Assembly: GCA_002009975.1 (NCBI GenBank) | Contig: MTLP01000042.1 | Coordinates: 128,001 to 192,000 of the forward strand | Reading direction: 5' to 3' | Origin: Thermococcus sp. JdFR-02 | GTDB lineage: Archaea > Methanobacteriota_B > Thermococci > Thermococcales > Thermococcaceae | DNA length: 64,000 nt | Shown here: positions 48,206 through 59,203 of the stretch, one piece after another | How the letters are laid out: each line of letters starts with the position of its first letter | Numbering within the stretch: the first letter of the stretch is position 1 | The notes under the pieces: model-generated | The model's input: the letters and a program-made list of their open reading frames with translations, nothing else | Told to the model about the DNA's origin: nothing | The model's database searches: none | Made by a program: the position numbers and the translations under genes

Positions 48206-48673
48206 TTGAACGGATTATTTTACATTTTCTTGCTCTCACTTATCCCAACCTTTGAAGGAAGGTATGCCATAATAGTAGGCATTGGAAAGGGATACTCATT
48301 GATAGGGGTTCTTTTAGTAGCTTCTCTTGGTGTCTTACTGCTCTCAATAGCTCTACCCTTAGCTTTACCTTTTATTGACGTTGTGATGCTCAAGTTAGAG
48401 GAAACTCCTCTAAAAAGGTTTGCAGAGTTTTATTTAACTTATGTTGGAAGGGTAAGAAGGAAAGCCCATCCCTATGTAGATAAATGGGGCTTTTTTGGGC
48501 TAATCTTATTTGTTGCTATTCCTTTGCCGGGAACTGGTGTCTGGACAGGAAGTTTAGCTGCTTACATCTTTGGTATTGAAAAAAGAAAAACAATCCCAGC
48601 TTTGTTAATTGGAGGCTTGTTAAGCATTTTAATAACCTTAATTCCGAGTCTTGGGGTTATAAGACTTTTCTGA
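48206..48673 (+). CDS. small multi-drug export family protein (COG2426)
   Basis: PTFEGRYAI, FVAIPLPGTGVWTG. Confidence 0.88.
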   Translation: MNGLFYIFLLSLIPTFEGRYAIIVGIGKGYSLIGVLLVASLGVLLLSIALPLALPFIDVVMLKLEETPLKRFAEFYLTYVGRVRRKAHPYVDKWGFFGLILFVAIPLPGTGVWTGSLAAYIFGIEKRKTIPALLIGGLLSILITLIPSLGVIRLF

Positions 48674-48749
48674 ATTTTCTATGCTATTTTATCTCTTAAC
48701 ACGCTAAGCTTTTTATTGTTTCATGAAAATTGTTAGTAAGGTGTGAACC

Positions 48750-50171
48750 ATGTTACCTCCCCAGAAGACAAAAATAATTGCAACTGTAGGACCTTCTTCG
48801 AACAAAAAGGAAGTTTTAGAAAAAATGATTAAAAAAGGTATGGGAATTGCGAGGCTTAACTTCGCTCATGGCACTTTTAAGAGCCATGAAAAAATGATCA
48901 AGCTTATTCGCTCAGTATCTTCTCACTTGGATAAAAGAATGGCTATCCTTGGAGATTTGCCAGGACCAAAGCTTCGTATTGGTGAATTCGAAAAGGAACC
49001 AATAATCCTCAGAAAAGGGGATGTAGTAACTTTGACAACGAGAGATATTAAAGGAAATGAAAAGTTAATCCCCGTTGAGTTTAAAAAACTTCCAAAAATT
49101 GTTTCAAAAGGAGATGTGATTTACCTAAAGGATGGCTTCATAAAGTTAAAGGTTGAGGAAGTCCAAGGGACAGACATAAAGTGTAGGGTTATAATTGGAG
49201 GAACTCTCTCTTCTCACAAGGGAATAAACTTACCAAAGGCTAACATTCCTGTTGAGTCTCCAACAAAGAGAGATCTTGAGATTCTTGACTTCATTTTAGA
49301 GCATGATGTAGATGCTGTAGGCATTTCCTTCGTTAGAAAAGCAGAAGATGTAATTAGAGTTAAAAAGATTGCACAAAAGAAAGGAAAGCAAATATTCGTT
49401 ATTGCAAAGATCGAACGCCCAGAAGCTGTAAAGAACATTGACGAAATCCTAAAAGTTGCTGATGGAATAATGGTTGCTCGTGGCGACTTAGGAGTTGAAA
49501 TGCCAATTGAAGAGTTGGCAATAATCCAAAAGAAGCTCATTTTTAAAGCAAACTTAGCTGGGAAGCCTGTTATAACTGCAACTCAAATGCTTGAGTCCAT
49601 GACCGAAGATATAAGACCAACAAGAGCAGAGGCTACAGATGTTGCAAATGCAATTTTAGATGGGACTGATGCAGTTATGCTTTCAGGGGAAACCGCTATT
49701 GGACAATATCCCGTTGAAACTGTTGAGATGATGTCAAAAATTGCAAGAGTTGCAGAGACTTATAGAGAGAGTATTAACGACAACAAAGTTTTAGACACAA
49801 TTAAAGGAAAAACATCAGAAATTAGTGTTGAGGATGCGATTTCAATAGGTATCGCAGAGGCTTTAAAAGTTATAGATGTTAGGCTAATTTTGACCCCAAC
49901 AACAACCGGGAAAACACCACGCTTAATTTCTCGTTTCAAGCCAAAACAGTGGATATTAGCCTTTAGTCCAGATGAAAAGGTTTGCAACTCATTAATGTTC
50001 TCCTATGGAGTCTATCCTTTCTATATGAAAGAGAGGAGCGATGAAAACATACTAAGGTTCATAAAAGAAAATAATTTAGCTAAAAGTGGAGATAAAGTTC
50101 TCCTAACAGAAGGGATAAAAATCGAAAAACCAGCAGGAACAAATGCAATGAAGATATTTACTTTGCTTTAA
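48750..50171 (+). CDS. pyk: pyruvate kinase
   Basis: KTKIIATVGPS, ARLNFAHG, IAKIE, MVARGDLGVE, ATQMLESM. Confidence 0.97.
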   Translation: MLPPQKTKIIATVGPSSNKKEVLEKMIKKGMGIARLNFAHGTFKSHEKMIKLIRSVSSHLDKRMAILGDLPGPKLRIGEFEKEPIILRKGDVVTLTTRDIKGNEKLIPVEFKKLPKIVSKGDVIYLKDGFIKLKVEEVQGTDIKCRVIIGGTLSSHKGINLPKANIPVESPTKRDLEILDFILEHDVDAVGISFVRKAEDVIRVKKIAQKKGKQIFVIAKIERPEAVKNIDEILKVADGIMVARGDLGVEMPIEELAIIQKKLIFKANLAGKPVITATQMLESMTEDIRPTRAEATDVANAILDGTDAVMLSGETAIGQYPVETVEMMSKIARVAETYRESINDNKVLDTIKGKTSEISVEDAISIGIAEALKVIDVRLILTPTTTGKTPRLISRFKPKQWILAFSPDEKVCNSLMFSYGVYPFYMKERSDENILRFIKENNLAKSGDKVLLTEGIKIEKPAGTNAMKIFTLL

Positions 50172-50890
50172 TCCATTAACCTTCCACCATTTACATCTAT
50201 TAATTCACCAGTTATGTGGTCATTTTCAAGTAAGAAGATTACTGTGTGAGCTATTTCCTCTGGTTTTGCTATCTCTCCTGTTAGTGAAAGCTTCCTAAGC
50301 CTTTCTTTTAATTCTGGAGTTATCAACTCGGTATCAACTGGTCCGGGGGCAACGGCATTAACTAGAATATTTGGTGCTAAGTGTCTTGCTAAGTTAAAGG
50401 TTAAAGCTATCAAACCGCCCTTTGATGCTGCATAATGAGCACCTACCGTTCCCCCATCTTTTCCAGCAATTGAAGCAATGTTTACAATTTTTCCCTTTTT
50501 CATGTGCTTCAAAACCTCTTGCGTAACTATAAATGCTCCCTTTAAGTTTACATTTAAAACGGCGTCCCAGTCTTCATCCGTAATTTCCTCTGGCTTTATT
50601 CCCTTTCCTAGAATTCCAGCATTATTTATGAGAATGTCAATTCTTCCAAATTTTTCAATTATTTTATTTACCATAGCTCTAACTTCTTCCCTTTTGCTAA
50701 CATCGGCTTTTACAGTGAGCGTTCCAACTCCATAAGCCCTACAAAGTTCTTCTGTTTTCTTTGCTTCTTCTTCATTCCTTGCATAGTTTATCACAACATT
50801 TGCGCCTTTTTGTGCTAAAGCTACTGCTATTGCCTTTCCAATTCCTCTTGAAGCACCAGTAACTAAAGCTACTTTGCCTTTCAATTCCAT
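50168..50890 (-). CDS. FabG-like short-chain dehydrogenase/reductase
   Basis: TGASRGIG, NNAG, YAASK. Confidence 0.93.
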   Translation of the reverse strand: MELKGKVALVTGASRGIGKAIAVALAQKGANVVINYARNEEEAKKTEELCRAYGVGTLTVKADVSKREEVRAMVNKIIEKFGRIDILINNAGILGKGIKPEEITDEDWDAVLNVNLKGAFIVTQEVLKHMKKGKIVNIASIAGKDGGTVGAHYAASKGGLIALTFNLARHLAPNILVNAVAPGPVDTELITPELKERLRKLSLTGEIAKPEEIAHTVIFLLENDHITGELIDVNGGRLMD

Positions 50891-50991
50891 TGCAACCACC
50901 ACTAAAATTACAAGATTTAAAGTTAAAAAGTCTTGCTTAATTAAAGCACTTGACCAAAATATTTTTACGTTCTAAAAGTGAAACTAAAAAT

Positions 50992-51543
50992 ATGAAAAAG
51001 TTTGTTATCGTGAGTCTGTTAATATTTGTTGTTTTACTTTCGGGATGTGCACAAAAGGAAAAGGAGGAGGAGAAAATGAGTTTAAAGATTAGCTCTGTTT
51101 TTGGTGAGAATGAGTTTATTCCGAGAAAATATACTTGTGAGGGCATAGATGTTAATCCACCCCTAAAGCTTGAAGGACTGAGTGAAAAAGCCGTTAGTAT
51201 AGCAATAATAGTCGATGATCCAGATGCACCAATAGGGACTTTTGTTCACTGGGTTGCTTGGAACATTCCACCAACAAATGAAATTCCAGAAGGAATTCCA
51301 AAGGAGAGAGAAGTAAAAAGCCCAATAGAAGTTGTGCAGGGAAAGAACGACTTTGGAAGAATTGGCTATAATGGACCTTGTCCACCACGGGGTCACGGAA
51401 TTCATCACTACCACTTCAAGGTTTACGTGCTTGATACAAAGCTTGACATAAAAGCAGGTGCAACTAAGAGAGATCTAAAAAGAGCTATGAAAGGACATAT
51501 CATTCAACAAGGTGAGCTAATTGGACTTTATGAGCGTAGATAG
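50992..51543 (+). CDS. YbhB/YbcL (PEBP) family lipoprotein
   Basis: LLSGC lipobox; DDPDAP..HW, YNGPCPP..HHYHF. Confidence 0.92.
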   Translation: MKKFVIVSLLIFVVLLSGCAQKEKEEEKMSLKISSVFGENEFIPRKYTCEGIDVNPPLKLEGLSEKAVSIAIIVDDPDAPIGTFVHWVAWNIPPTNEIPEGIPKEREVKSPIEVVQGKNDFGRIGYNGPCPPRGHGIHHYHFKVYVLDTKLDIKAGATKRDLKRAMKGHIIQQGELIGLYERR

Positions 51544-51676
51544 CAGTTTCCACTTTATTACTTTATTTTTAACGCTTCTATTATTTTAGTTCCAAAATGT
51601 TTTTAAAGTTTTGATACTAAATATAAAACACAGTAACATTAAAGTATCATAGTTGCTATTCATTGGGGTGATTCTA

Positions 51677-52372
51677 ATGAACAATATACCTTCTCTTGCA
51701 ACATATCTAAACTCTCTAAGACCCGGAGAAAATATCTTGCTGGAGTACAACAAACCCTTTCTGTCCCATATAGCCTTTTATATAATCTCAAAGCATTTTT
51801 TAAATAAGGAATACCCCATAATTATCGATGATCTTTTGGATACACTATATGTCTATAAATCACAGCTCGAATTTGCAGGTATTGATACTAAATTTTTGGA
51901 AAGCGAGCAAGTTTTTGTTATTAAAGTTGGTGGGCGCAAGGAAGTTGGGAGAGTTGTAGGGAAAATTAAAATCCATCCAGACTTTTATGTTCATAAAGAG
52001 AACTACAACAGAGTATTTATGCGTGTTTTAAAGAGCGGAAAGTATTTTATCAACATTGTTCTCGGTTTCGACAAAAGGATTGCGTTAACTCAAGATGCAT
52101 ATAACAAGTACTCTCTTTTACTTAACAAGTCACGGTACCTAGGCAATAAGAAGAGGACATCCATCTATTTTGTAAACACTGGAATTCTTAAAGGCTCACC
52201 ATTAGCCCTTCCATATCTAGAGGAAATCTCTACAAATGTCGTTATGATAGATAAAAAGGATAGTAGTGTTGTAATAAAAATTTTGAAGTCTCCTTTGCCA
52301 GAGTTAAATGACAGAGTTTTTGAGTTTGATATAAAAAATGTTGAAGAATTTGTAAGGAGGTACCTGAAATGA
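51677..52372 (+). CDS. DUF257 family protein
   Basis: PGENILLEY, IIDDLLDTL, VIKVGG, GNKKR. Confidence 0.85.
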   Translation: MNNIPSLATYLNSLRPGENILLEYNKPFLSHIAFYIISKHFLNKEYPIIIDDLLDTLYVYKSQLEFAGIDTKFLESEQVFVIKVGGRKEVGRVVGKIKIHPDFYVHKENYNRVFMRVLKSGKYFINIVLGFDKRIALTQDAYNKYSLLLNKSRYLGNKKRTSIYFVNTGILKGSPLALPYLEEISTNVVMIDKKDSSVVIKILKSPLPELNDRVFEFDIKNVEEFVRRYLK

Positions 52373-53025
52373 CATCGCTATTTGAGCTTTTTGAGAAATT
52401 TAAGCCAGGAGAGATTGTTCTAATATTCTATTCTCCATTCTCACCCCACTATAGTCTTTTTAGGTCTTTATTGACGTATTCAAAAGAAAAAGGACTTGAC
52501 GTCATTATAGATGATGCCCTGGATATGCTCCATGTCTATAAGACAAATATGGAATACTTCGGAATAGATACAAAGGATATAGAAGATGTAAAAGTCATAA
52601 AAGCTGGAGGATTAAGAGAGGTTGGAAAGATACTTGAAAGGGTCAATGTAGAAGCGGATGCTGCATTTCATTTGGAGAAATATAACGAAGTGTTTAATAA
52701 AGTTTTAGAGAAGTTTGATCTTGTTCTCAATATTGCTTTAGGATTTGACAAGCTCTTAGCATTTTATTCTGGAAGTCAACAGGATTTAAACGTTATACTA
52801 CTTGCACTAAGGCATTTCCTTGGTAATAAGAAGAGGATTGCAGTATACTTTCTAAATGAAGATCTCGTTACCAAAATACCTGGTGCTGTTGAATTTTTAG
52901 AGGATTCTGCAAGCACAGTTCTTAGATTAGAAAAGAACGAGAAATGGGTACTAAAAGTCCTAAAGTCTCCAAATATTGAGCTGCTTGAAAAGGAGATTGA
53001 GATAGCTAGTGGTAGCGAATCTTAA
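52369..53025 (+). CDS. DUF257 family protein (tandem paralog)
   Basis: PGEIVLI, IIDDALD, VIKAGG, GNKKR. Confidence 0.85.
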   Translation: MTSLFELFEKFKPGEIVLIFYSPFSPHYSLFRSLLTYSKEKGLDVIIDDALDMLHVYKTNMEYFGIDTKDIEDVKVIKAGGLREVGKILERVNVEADAAFHLEKYNEVFNKVLEKFDLVLNIALGFDKLLAFYSGSQQDLNVILLALRHFLGNKKRIAVYFLNEDLVTKIPGAVEFLEDSASTVLRLEKNEKWVLKVLKSPNIELLEKEIEIASGSES

Positions 53026-53254
53026 CGTATAAGTTAACGGAGCTTTGGAAAGTTGCAAGCCCATTTAACGTTAAAAATATCCAATCCCCAATCATATATG
53101 AGTACAGCGTTAAAAGGAACGACGCTGTGACATAAATTAAAACGAATCTAAAGTTCAATGGACATTTCTTCTGTTTTATGGTTTCTATCGTCTGAGGAGC
53201 CCATGAGCTTACGAGTAATATCATACCAAGCAGACCAATCCACGTTCCGTTCAT
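53006..53254 (-). CDS. PQ-loop/SemiSWEET-like three-TM protein
   Basis: WAPQTIETIK PQ motif, three TMs. Confidence 0.75.
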   Translation of the reverse strand: MNGTWIGLLGMILLVSSWAPQTIETIKQKKCPLNFRFVLIYVTASFLLTLYSYMIGDWIFLTLNGLATFQSSVNLYVKIRYH

Positions 53255-53368
53255 TTTACCACCCCCTTTTTTAAGCCCTTAGAAGTTTCAAAACTAAGCA
53301 AAAAAGCGTTGTGAATTAATTCATATCAAAAAAGAAGCACAAAATTAAAAAAATTGACAGAAATATGT

Positions 53369-53860
53369 TTATACTCCTTTACTTTGAGTTAGTTCTGCTG
53401 CAAGTCTTGAAGTTGCCCATGTCTTCACATCGGTGTCAATTATCTTGTTAATAATCTCAAGTGCCTCAGAGACCTTTCCTTGCTTTGCAAGGACAATCGC
53501 AATTTCTGCCTGAACTTTAGAACGATTAGAGATGTCATGAATAAAATTTGCAATTTCTAAAGCATCATCAAGACGATTAAGTGCTATCAACTCAAAGGCT
53601 AAGCTCATTAAGGCTTTGGTTATGGACTCTTCATTGTTCATCTCAAATATGGCATCCAACGTTTTCTGCAGAGTTTCCTTATATCCCTCATGAGATGTCT
53701 TTGCCATCTCAATTGTTATTTTGGAGAGAGCTTTAGCCTTTATTCCTTTATCGGGAATAGCATTTGCAATATCCAGAGCAGTTTTAAACTGTTTATCTTT
53801 TAATAATTTTATGACTCCATCATATAAAGCTCTAGATTGATACCATTTCTCCATCATCAT
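53369..53860 (-). CDS. helical-repeat (TPR-like) hypothetical protein
   Basis: Repeated ALxIAxxI.D..K..A units. Confidence 0.7.
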   Translation of the reverse strand: MMMEKWYQSRALYDGVIKLLKDKQFKTALDIANAIPDKGIKAKALSKITIEMAKTSHEGYKETLQKTLDAIFEMNNEESITKALMSLAFELIALNRLDDALEIANFIHDISNRSKVQAEIAIVLAKQGKVSEALEIINKIIDTDVKTWATSRLAAELTQSKGV

Positions 53861-53965
53861 GCACCAAAGAAATTTTGCTTTTGTTGAACTTAAGCTTTCC
53901 TATGGTAGGCATCAAATTTGAGGAAAAACTTTAAAAGTGTCTCGCGTTTCCACAATTCGATGTCC

Positions 53966-55099
53966 ATGAAAAAACTTAGCGAGATTTTCAGTGAAATATT
54001 AATCAAAAGGGGCATTGATAAGGTGGGAAGCCTTTCTAAGAGAATTCCCAATAGAGAGTCTAAAAATCCAATCCAAGATATTGCAATTGCAGTCCTCGAA
54101 AATAAAGGCGTTATAGCTGAAATTGGTAATCCAACAGCTTTAGCCTGGGATTTGAGAGGAAACAAAACCAAAGGTGCAAAATTCGCTTTTGTTCCCCTTA
54201 ACTCTAAATATCTCTCAAAATTTAGCATCGTTTTAAAAAGTGAGGACATTATGAGAGAATTGGAAAAACACAATTACCCTCTCTTTATAATTGATCTGAT
54301 GCACTGGGAGAAGCACACCTTAAAAGAAAAGAGGAAAGTTGCTTTACAAGTTGCCCAAAGCTACGGAGTAATTAGAGACTATCTTTGGGGCGATCTGCTA
54401 AACGTTACATGGGTAAATGAAGAATTTAAGAAATTGGCTGGAGGTTTGCCAATAGAGAGAGTTAGTGTCTATGAAATTTCAACAGCAGATTTTCTAAAGA
54501 AAGAAGGCATAGATGAGGTAATTCTCCTTGATCCAAGGGCTGAAGAGGACCTTAGTAGAGAAGATTTCAATGTTAAGGCTTTCATAATAGGTGGAATTGT
54601 TGATATGGGCGGAACTAAAAAGGGAACAACCACTCAGATTGGAAAAATCCTTGAAGAGTCTGGGATAAAGGTCAGACGCAGGAAAATTACATTAAGAGGA
54701 GACATTTTTGGTGTTCCAGATAGGATAAATCACATCCTTGAAATTGTTCTTAAAATGCTGGTGGAGGATAAAAGTATGGAAGAAGCTATTTTAGATGTTC
54801 AAGCCCCAATTCAAGCAAGATGGCGTTTAAGGAAAGAACTTCCTAAACATGCTGTTAGATTTTTAATTGATGGTAAGAAATTTTTAGTTGTTGAAAAAGA
54901 GCTCTATAAAGAGTTTAGCGAATGGTTAAACATTAGATGGGAGGATTTTGTTCAAGTGCTTAGAGAATTAAACTTTGTAGCTCTCGAGAGAAAGAGGTTA
55001 CACCACTTAAAGAAAATCTCAACATTTAGGCTAATAAATGGAAAAGGTCATTGGGTATTGTTAACAAAAAGAGCAGCATTGCTCTGCTATAATTGTTAG
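53966..55099 (+). CDS. trm10: tRNA (purine-9-N1) methyltransferase Trm10
   Basis: LLDPRAEE, FIIGGIVD, GVPDRIN SPOUT motifs. Confidence 0.88.
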   Translation: MKKLSEIFSEILIKRGIDKVGSLSKRIPNRESKNPIQDIAIAVLENKGVIAEIGNPTALAWDLRGNKTKGAKFAFVPLNSKYLSKFSIVLKSEDIMRELEKHNYPLFIIDLMHWEKHTLKEKRKVALQVAQSYGVIRDYLWGDLLNVTWVNEEFKKLAGGLPIERVSVYEISTADFLKKEGIDEVILLDPRAEEDLSREDFNVKAFIIGGIVDMGGTKKGTTTQIGKILEESGIKVRRRKITLRGDIFGVPDRINHILEIVLKMLVEDKSMEEAILDVQAPIQARWRLRKELPKHAVRFLIDGKKFLVVEKELYKEFSEWLNIRWEDFVQVLRELNFVALERKRLHHLKKISTFRLINGKGHWVLLTKRAALLCYNC

Positions 55100-55102
55100 A
55101 AA

Positions 55103-56110
55103 CTAAAGCAATCCCTCCAAATAAGCCAGTTCAGCGTTTAAAATCGAGCCTCCTGCAGCACCTCTAACTAAATTATGCCCCAAAGTGACGTATTTAAACT
55201 TTCTTTCTCCAACTTTCTCTAATCTTCCAACAACAACAGTCATTCCTCTCCCCAAATCTCTATAAAGCTTTGGCTGTGGAATTTCCCTATAAACTATTGG
55301 TCTTTCTGCTGTGGGAAGGTTTAGCTTTTCAAGACCTTCAAACTCAACCAGAGCTTTTTTCACCTCTTCCCTTTCAACATCTTCCTCAAACTCTATGAAA
55401 ACAGCTTCTGTATGACCATGTGCCACTGGAACTCTAGTAGTTAAAGCTGCAATTTCAAAGTTTGCTGGAGTTATCTTACTTTCTTCAAGCTTCCCAAGTA
55501 TTTTTCTTGACTCATTCTCGATTTTCCACTCTTCGTTTTCAATGTAAGGGATAACATTATCAAAAATCTGCATAGCTGAGATGCCTCTAAATCCCGCCCC
55601 AGATATCGCTTGCATTGTTGCAACGTTAACGTTCTTTATTCCAAACTTTGAGAGGGCTTTAAGAGAAAGAACGAGTATAGCTGTAGAGCAATTTGGGTTT
55701 GTAACAATAAATCCCTCCCAATTGCGCTTTTCTCTTTGAACTTCGATTAAGCTTAAATGCTCTCTATTTACTTCTGGAACTAAAATTGGCACATCCTCTT
55801 CATAGCGGTGTGAAGAGGCATTGGAAAATAGGGGGACTCTTTTAGCAAGCTTTTTCTCAACTTCCTTAGCAATTAAGGAAGGTAAAGCCGAAAAAATTAA
55901 ATCAACTTCTCCAGCAAACTCCTCCAAGCTTTCTATCTTTATTTCCCCAATTTCTTCCGAAACTTCCCAAGTTGCCACTTCACTGAACCTCTTTCCCTTT
56001 GATCTCTGCGAAGCTACCAAATGCTTTATCTCAAACCAAGGATGGTTCTCTAAAAGTCTTACAAAGGTTTGCCCAACTAGTCCCGTTGCTCCCAAAATAG
56101 CTACTTCCAT
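55103..56110 (-). CDS. asd: aspartate-semialdehyde dehydrogenase
   Basis: GATGLVG, NPNCST, QAISGAG, HNLVRGAAG. Confidence 0.96.
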   Translation of the reverse strand: MEVAILGATGLVGQTFVRLLENHPWFEIKHLVASQRSKGKRFSEVATWEVSEEIGEIKIESLEEFAGEVDLIFSALPSLIAKEVEKKLAKRVPLFSNASSHRYEEDVPILVPEVNREHLSLIEVQREKRNWEGFIVTNPNCSTAILVLSLKALSKFGIKNVNVATMQAISGAGFRGISAMQIFDNVIPYIENEEWKIENESRKILGKLEESKITPANFEIAALTTRVPVAHGHTEAVFIEFEEDVEREEVKKALVEFEGLEKLNLPTAERPIVYREIPQPKLYRDLGRGMTVVVGRLEKVGERKFKYVTLGHNLVRGAAGGSILNAELAYLEGLL

Positions 56111-57279
56111 TAAAGAACCTCCTTGAATGCTTCTAAACTTGGCTCTATTGGTTCTGGGAGTCTAAAGTTCTCAAGAATTATGTTTGGGTCCTTCAATCCA
56201 TGCCCTGTTGTTATTAAAACCACGCTTTCATCATCTTCAATTTTATCTCTCAGCTTTATCAACCCAGCAAGGGAAGAAGCAGATGCAGGTTCCACAAAGA
56301 TTCCTTCTTTTGATGCTAAAAGCTTTTGAGCATTTAGAATTTCCTTGTCGCTAACACTTTCCAAAAGTCCTTTAGATTCCTCAACAGCCTTTAGTGCTTT
56401 TTTCCAGTTAGCTGGATTTCCAATTCTTATTGCTGTTGCCACTGTCTCGGGTTTTTCAAAGGGTTTGAAAGTTCCTTCTTTAAAGGCTTTAGCTAAAGGT
56501 GAAGCCCCTTCTGCTTGAATTCCAATCATCTGAGGAAGCTTATCAATGAATCCAACTTCATAAAGCTCCTTAAACCCTTTCCAAATTGCCGAAATATTTC
56601 CAGCATTTCCAACAGGTAAAATAACTTTATCTGGAACAAAGCCTAATTGATCAAAGATCTCAAAAGCTATGGTTTTTTGCCCCTCTAAGCGAAAGGGATT
56701 TATAGAGTTGAGCATGTAAACGCCCAGTTCTTTGCTTGCTTCGACCACAACCCTTAAGGCATCATCAAAGTTTCCCCTGATTGGAACTACCTTTGCACCG
56801 TAAACTATTGCCTGAGCAAGCTTTCCTAATGCAATCTTCCCACTCGGAACCAGAACATAACTTTTAATTCCAGCTTTTGCTGAATAAGCAGCTAAAGACG
56901 CCGAAGTATTACCTGTTGAGGCGCAAATTACTTTATCCATACCAAGCTCCAAAGCTTTGCTAACTCCAACAGTCATTCCCCTATCTTTAAAAGAGCCCGT
57001 AGGATTTGCACCTTCATTTTTGACGTAAAGCTCTTTCATCTTAAGCTCCTTTTGGAGGTTTTCTAAGCGATATAAAGGTGTTCCCCCTTCGTTGAGCGAA
57101 ACTCTCTTTTCAACTGGGATAAAGCTCTCATATTTCCACAATGTTATGTTTTTACCATCGAAGACGTTTTCAACTTTATCTAAATCAACAAGGACTTCAA
57201 GTAATCCACCACATTCACACTTATACCTAACCTCTTTTGGATCATATTCCTTTCCACATTCTATACATTTCAAAATCAT
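56110..57279 (-). CDS. thrC: threonine synthase
   Basis: NPTGSFKDRG, ASTGNT, PVGNAGN, TGHGLKD. Confidence 0.96.
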   Translation of the reverse strand: MILKCIECGKEYDPKEVRYKCECGGLLEVLVDLDKVENVFDGKNITLWKYESFIPVEKRVSLNEGGTPLYRLENLQKELKMKELYVKNEGANPTGSFKDRGMTVGVSKALELGMDKVICASTGNTSASLAAYSAKAGIKSYVLVPSGKIALGKLAQAIVYGAKVVPIRGNFDDALRVVVEASKELGVYMLNSINPFRLEGQKTIAFEIFDQLGFVPDKVILPVGNAGNISAIWKGFKELYEVGFIDKLPQMIGIQAEGASPLAKAFKEGTFKPFEKPETVATAIRIGNPANWKKALKAVEESKGLLESVSDKEILNAQKLLASKEGIFVEPASASSLAGLIKLRDKIEDDESVVLITTGHGLKDPNIILENFRLPEPIEPSLEAFKEVL

Positions 57280-58151
57280 TCTGCTCCCCCTCCTACTTTG
57301 CTAATAAAGTATTCAGCATTAATTCCCTCCTCTTCAAAAGCCTCTACAATTGCTTTTCCAATCTCATCAAGGTTTTCACCTAAAGCAAATACAGCTGGTC
57401 CAGAGCCAGAAATAGATAATCCATAGGCTCCGCTCTCTAATGCTGCTTTCCTAACCTTGTCGAACCAAGGTATTATGGGCTTCCTATAGGGAATTGCTAA
57501 ATAATCATCCAACAACTTTCCAACTTCTTCTATATCACCATTTTCTAAAGCTAAAACCAAGGAACTTGCTAAGGCTAAATTTCTTACTGCATCGCTTAAT
57601 GGGACGTATTTTGGTAAAACTTCTCTCGCCCTTTTAGTGCTCACTTCCACTTCTGGCAGTACTACAACTAACTTAAGCTTTGCATCTATCTTGAATACTT
57701 CAAGAGGGAATAGGGATTTTAAGACCACGAATCCTCCAAACAGGGCTGGAACCACGTTATCGCCGTGAGGACTTCCAGATGCTACCCTTTCCCCCTCTAA
57801 AGCTGCTCTCAAAATAATCTCTTTATTCTCTATATTCAAAAGCCTTGCAATTGCTAAAGCTCCTCCCAGAGCAGAGGCTCCAGAGCTACCAAGCCCACTT
57901 TTTGGCCTTATTCCTTTTTTGAGCTTCATCTTAAAGCCACTCTCAACTCCTGCTTGCCTTAAGAGGGATAAAGCCGAAACAGAAGCAACATTCTTGTTTG
58001 GCTCCTCTGGAACCTTATAACCCTTGACTTTTACTTCAATCTCATCGCTTAGCTCAACCCTAATGAAATCCCTTGGCTTTTCTAAGCAAAGACCAAAGAC
58101 ATCAAATCCTGGTCCAAAGTTTGCTATCGTTGCTGGAACTGAGACTTTCAT
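57276..58151 (-). CDS. thrB: homoserine kinase
   Basis: PATIANFGPGFD, SGLGSSGAS, HGDNV, SGSGP. Confidence 0.96.
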   Translation of the reverse strand: MKVSVPATIANFGPGFDVFGLCLEKPRDFIRVELSDEIEVKVKGYKVPEEPNKNVASVSALSLLRQAGVESGFKMKLKKGIRPKSGLGSSGASALGGALAIARLLNIENKEIILRAALEGERVASGSPHGDNVVPALFGGFVVLKSLFPLEVFKIDAKLKLVVVLPEVEVSTKRAREVLPKYVPLSDAVRNLALASSLVLALENGDIEEVGKLLDDYLAIPYRKPIIPWFDKVRKAALESGAYGLSISGSGPAVFALGENLDEIGKAIVEAFEEEGINAEYFISKVGGGAE

Positions 58152-59203
58152 TGAAAAATCACCTCATGTACGGCATTTAAAGTATTTTCAAGCTCTTCCC
58201 TTCTTACAAGAAAACAAATCCAATTTCTGCCCCTCTTGTAAATCTGAGCATTGAAGTTCACTTCATTTACTCCAACAATCCCTATGCTTGCAAAGTTTTC
58301 ATTGATGATTTTATAGGTCAATATTGGCATTCCAGCGTTTATTTTTGAAATAAGCGTCCCTAAGCGCCGATTATTTGTTTTCCCCAGAATTATTGGTATC
58401 TTTCCCTTTACCGGTTCAATAGCCCTTTCATGCAAAGCCTTCATCCCAAGCATTGAAGCCGTCAAAACTTCTTCATAAGATGCAAAGGGGAGTAGCTTAG
58501 CATCTCTAACTATCTTAGGATCAGCTGTGTATATTCCCTTAACATCGCTCATAATCAAAACGGCTCTTGCTTCTAAAAGCGAACCCAATATCGTTGCTGT
58601 ATAATCACTTCCCCCTCTCCCAAGTGTTGTTCTAAAGCTTTTATAACCTCCCAGGAACCCTGTAACAACTGGAACCTTATTTTGTTTAAGCAAGTCTTCA
58701 AGAACTTTTACTCTCTTTGCTGTCTCACTAAAGTCAACTTTTGCGTTTCCAAAACTGTTGTCCGTCCTAATTATGTGAAAGGCATCAACTGCTTCGCTCT
58801 CTATTCCCAAGTTTTTCAAAGCATTTACGAATAGATTAACTGAAAGTCTTTCCCCAAAGGATAGGATATGGTCAATAAAGGCTTTTTTATTTGGAAAATT
58901 CTTTTCATTTCTCAAAACTTGCTCGAGCTCAGCTAAAAGTATTTCAGCTGAATTAAGATCAATTCCGCTTTTGTTTGCTAATCTTTCATGCTTTTCTGCA
59001 ATTTCTTCTATTGTTGATTCGTCTTTGCTCTCAGCCAAGTACAAAAGAGCATCTGTGACTCCTTTAAGTGCTGAAAGCACGACCACAACTTCATTCCCTT
59101 CGTAGAGTTTCAAAACCAGTTGCAATGCCTCTTTAAAAGAGTTCCCAATAGAGCTTCCTCCAAATTTAACGACTATTCTCTTATTGGAGAGTTTGTAAAT
59201 CAC
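58148..59203 (-). CDS. lysC: aspartate kinase
   Basis: VVKFGGSS, SFGERLS, LGRGGSD, DVKGIYTADP; start codon uncertain. Confidence 0.92.
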   Translation of the reverse strand: MIYKLSNKRIVVKFGGSSIGNSFKEALQLVLKLYEGNEVVVVLSALKGVTDALLYLAESKDESTIEEIAEKHERLANKSGIDLNSAEILLAELEQVLRNEKNFPNKKAFIDHILSFGERLSVNLFVNALKNLGIESEAVDAFHIIRTDNSFGNAKVDFSETAKRVKVLEDLLKQNKVPVVTGFLGGYKSFRTTLGRGGSDYTATILGSLLEARAVLIMSDVKGIYTADPKIVRDAKLLPFASYEEVLTASMLGMKALHERAIEPVKGKIPIILGKTNNRRLGTLISKINAGMPILTYKIINENFASIGIVGVNEVNFNAQIYKRGRNWICFLVRREELENTLNAVHEVIFQ